Positions 61,870-64,000 of a stretch of 64,000 nt of DNA are shown piece after piece. Source of the DNA: an archaeon (GTDB lineage: Archaea; Nanobdellota; Nanobdellia; Pacearchaeales; GW2011-AR1); assembly GCA_027343665.1 (NCBI GenBank), contig DAHWKL010000001.1, positions 313,294 through 377,293 of the forward strand, written 5' to 3'. The translations under genes were made by a program, and so were the position numbers. How positions within the stretch are numbered: the first letter of the stretch is position 1; every line of letters begins with the position of its first letter. The notes beneath the pieces were generated by a model, which was not told the DNA's origin, did no database searches, and saw only the letters and a program-made list of their open reading frames with translations.

Positions 61870-62235
61870 ATGGCAAAACAAAAAACGAAAAAAATGCAAG
61901 GGAAGAAAACGGATGAGACAGTTAGCGTGAACTGCACTGACATAGATTGCCCTGTTCACGGAAACTTAAAACTTAGAGGAAGAACTTTCAAAGGCCATGT
62001 AATCTCAAAACATGAGAAAAGAATAGCAATAGAATTTGAAAGGATGATTTACTTAAGAAAATACGAAAGGTACGGAAAAACAAAGACAAAATTACATGCA
62101 AGACTTCCGAAATGCATGGATAAAGAAGTAAATGTCGGCGACCTCGTGAGGATTAAAGAATGCAGACCCCTTTCAAAAATAATCCACTTCACATTTTTGG
62201 AGAAAGTGAACGGTTCAGAGGAGGGAAAAAAATGA
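61870..62235 (+). CDS. rps17: ribosomal protein S17 (uS17)
   Basis: 121 aa; conserved position before rpl14. Confidence 0.8.
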   Translation: MAKQKTKKMQGKKTDETVSVNCTDIDCPVHGNLKLRGRTFKGHVISKHEKRIAIEFERMIYLRKYERYGKTKTKLHARLPKCMDKEVNVGDLVRIKECRPLSKIIHFTFLEKVNGSEEGKK

Positions 62236-62633
62236 AAGCGATAAGCGCGAAAGGAACAGCAGGATGCAACATAGGGACTTATTTGGTAGCTTCAGACAAC
62301 AGCGGTGCAAAGATGGTAAAAATCGTTTCAGTCGTAAGGGGGAAAGGGACAAAAGGCAGGCAGATGAGAGCAAAGATAGCAGATTGGGTCAAAGTTTCAG
62401 TTAAGTCGGGTGATCCCGAAATGAAAGGAAAAGTTTTCGACGCTGTGGTAATAAGGCAGAAAAAACCTTTCAGAAGACTCACAGGTGAAAGAATAGCTTT
62501 CGAAGATAATGCTGTAGCGCTTTTGAAAGATGACAAGGGAAACCCTAAGGGAACTCAAATCAAAGGACCAATCGCAAAGGAGATCATGGAGCGTTGGGCA
62601 CAGGTTGCCAAAATCGCTTCCATAGTTTACTAA
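62232..62633 (+). CDS. rpl14: ribosomal protein L14 (uL14)
   Basis: Start at MKAISAKGTAG (ATG 62232 overlapping the rps17 stop); the ORF-caller start is upstream within rps17. Confidence 0.8.
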   Translation: MKAISAKGTAGCNIGTYLVASDNSGAKMVKIVSVVRGKGTKGRQMRAKIADWVKVSVKSGDPEMKGKVFDAVVIRQKKPFRRLTGERIAFEDNAVALLKDDKGNPKGTQIKGPIAKEIMERWAQVAKIASIVY

Positions 62634-62634
62634 A

Positions 62635-62838
62635 ATGGAAACAGAAAATTTAACAGAAAAAATGAGGGTACAATATAAAGGAAGAGAAATATTAGAAATC
62701 GCTCAAAGAAGTAATGGGAACGAGCGGAGTTATATCATATGCAACAGAGGCTATGAAGAGATACTCTGGCAGAGAGACAATCAATTAAATAAAGAAGGGA
62801 GCGAATTTATCGGAAGTTCCCTTGCAGAGAGGATATAA
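62635..62838 (+). CDS. hypothetical small protein inserted in the ribosomal-protein operon
   Basis: 67 aa; starts 2 nt after the rpl14 stop. Confidence 0.45.
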   Translation: METENLTEKMRVQYKGREILEIAQRSNGNERSYIICNRGYEEILWQRDNQLNKEGSEFIGSSLAERI

Positions 62839-62839
62839 A

Positions 62840-63109
62840 ATGAGAGTATATTTCATTCCGGATGAAAAACTTGCAAAAGAAGGAGCTGAAGAGTTAATAA
62901 AGATAAAACTTAATAAGTTGGAAAAATCTATGGATTATCCGAAGTTAACTGATAAGAAAGAGGCTGGGATAGAATTTGCAGGAGCAGTAGCGCTTGCTGA
63001 GTCAATAGGGATGGAAACCAGCAGATACAAAGAGCAGTTTGCAGAAATAACTGGAGAAAATTTTGACAAATATTCCAAAAGAATTATGGGGGAATTTTTA
63101 TACAAGTAA
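62840..63109 (+). CDS. hypothetical small protein inserted in the ribosomal-protein operon
   Basis: 89 aa from ATG 62840 (RBS AGAGAGGA upstream); ends 2 nt before rpl24. Confidence 0.45.
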   Translation: MRVYFIPDEKLAKEGAEELIKIKLNKLEKSMDYPKLTDKKEAGIEFAGAVALAESIGMETSRYKEQFAEITGENFDKYSKRIMGEFLYK

Positions 63110-63110
63110 A

Positions 63111-63539
63111 ATGAAAGAATTTTCAACGCACTGGAAATCAAGCAAGAAGCCAAAGAAGCAGAGAAAATACCGAGCGAAAGCACCAATGCATATAAAAAGA
63201 AAATTTTTAAGCACAACCCTCTCAAAAGAACTCAGAGCTAAATACAAAATAAGGAATATAATAGTAAGGAAAGGAGACACGATTAAAGTAATGAAAGGAA
63301 AATTCAACGGAAAAACTGGAAAAGTCTCCGAAGTGAAGACAAACCTTATGAAGATTTATGTTGAAGGCATCCAGAAGAAAAAACAGGACGGCTCAATGGT
63401 AAATATTCCTTTCAGAGCACCAAACCTTCAAATAATGGACCTTAACACAGATGACAAAAAAAGATTCAAAAAATTGAAGACAGAATCGCAAAAGAAAAAT
63501 GAAGCAAAGAACGAAAAAGGAGAAGAGAAGAAAAAATGA
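63111..63539 (+). CDS. rpl24: ribosomal protein L24 (uL24)
   Basis: Start at MKEFSTHW; KOW motif IVRKGDTIKVMKGKFNGKTGKV; Lys-rich C-terminal tail. Confidence 0.8.
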   Translation: MKEFSTHWKSSKKPKKQRKYRAKAPMHIKRKFLSTTLSKELRAKYKIRNIIVRKGDTIKVMKGKFNGKTGKVSEVKTNLMKIYVEGIQKKKQDGSMVNIPFRAPNLQIMDLNTDDKKRFKKLKTESQKKNEAKNEKGEEKKK

Positions 63540-64000
63540 AAAGACATCTCAAGAGAGAAGCGGTGCCAAAAAACTGGCCAATAACGAGAAAAGGGACAAC
63601 TTTTGTAGTAAAAAATAACTCAAAAGGCATTCCGGTTCTTGTTGCACTTAGGGATCTAATGAAAGTTGCAAAGACAAGGAGTGAAGTGAAAAGTGCTATC
63701 CATAACAAAGACCTGATAATCTCAGGAAAACCGGTCAGGGACGAGAAAAAAAGCCTCGAACTTTTTGATATACTTACAATTGTGCCTTCGAAAAAGAATT
63801 ACAAGCTTGTCCTTTCACAGAATGGCAAATATACAATTGAAGAAACCAATGAGAAGGATTCGAAGACAAAGATCTCAAAGATTATAGGGAAGAAATCCTT
63901 GAAGGGAAAAAAGACCCAGATAAACTTAAGCGATGGAAGGAATTACCTGTCCGAGGTGGAATGCTCAGTTGGAGATTCAGTGATTGTTGATATGGAGAAA
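63536..64000 (+). CDS. rps4e: ribosomal protein S4e (eS4), 3'-truncated by the window edge
   Basis: ATG 63536 overlaps the rpl24 stop; MKRHLKREAVPKNWPI... typical S4e N-terminus. Confidence 0.8.
   Translation, partial: MKRHLKREAVPKNWPITRKGTTFVVKNNSKGIPVLVALRDLMKVAKTRSEVKSAIHNKDLIISGKPVRDEKKSLELFDILTIVPSKKNYKLVLSQNGKYTIEETNEKDSKTKISKIIGKKSLKGKKTQINLSDGRNYLSEVECSVGDSVIVDMEK

Overview
This looks like a chromosomal segment of a small-genome, AT-rich archaeon, by inference a DPANN-type lineage. The gene content is archaeal: PCNA, aIF5A with the hypusine motif, Spt5, RpoP, prefoldin beta, and the archaea-specific ribosomal proteins L37ae, L40e and S4e. The 16S 3' end carries an anti-Shine-Dalgarno sequence, several tRNA genes sit just downstream of BRE/TATA-like promoters, and one tRNA has an intron. 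The window contains the following.

- **Surface operon, ~945-9503 (plus strand).** Two large cysteine-rich extracellular proteins sit among at least five proteins whose N-termini look like class III (type IV prepilin-like) signal peptides. I read this as a candidate pilus/tip-adhesin locus.
- **Surface-protein cluster, ~9.5-17.2 kb.** A highly expressed-looking S-layer-like gene has tandem promoters, a GC-rich leader and a poly-T terminator. Nearby are an archaeosortase-family gene and a surface protein with a matching C-terminal TM plus RRR sorting signal.
- **Conserved cell-division/translation block on the minus strand.** The block contains a Dph2-like gene missing its N-terminal domain, SepF, prefoldin beta, RpoP, L37ae, tRNA-Pro, L11, Spt5, SecE and FtsZ. 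L11 is separated from L1-L10-L12, which lie at ~49.8-51.6 kb.
- **Unknown three-gene operon** transcribed divergently from a tandem Lrp/AsnC-type regulator.
- **Housekeeping genes.** These include aIF5A, L40e, an M50 site-2 protease, Taw1, a geranylgeranyl reductase, Sua5, a Nudix hydrolase, a HIT protein, CysRS and GlmS.
- **rRNA operon on the minus strand.** The order is 16S, tRNA-Ala(UGC), 23S, with no 5S. An unexpected 78-codon ORF with a Shine-Dalgarno-like site lies inside the tRNA-Ala/23S spacer.
- **Stand-alone LigD-type 3'-phosphoesterase** facing a 1115-aa protein of unknown function.
- **Unannotated RNase P RNA** (~320 nt) between glmS and rpl1.
- **Five other tRNAs:** Pro, Gly, Phe, Ser, and an intron-containing Thr.
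- **Other genes:** an XPD/Rad3-like Fe-S helicase and an MFS transporter.
- **Main ribosomal-protein operon:** L3-L4-L23-L2-S19-L22-S3-L29-SUI1-S17-L14-[two unknown small ORFs]-L24-S4e.
- **Shared promoter motif.** A palindromic TTCCG-N-CGGAA motif occurs in three separate promoter regions.

No CRISPR arrays or recognisable transposons were seen.
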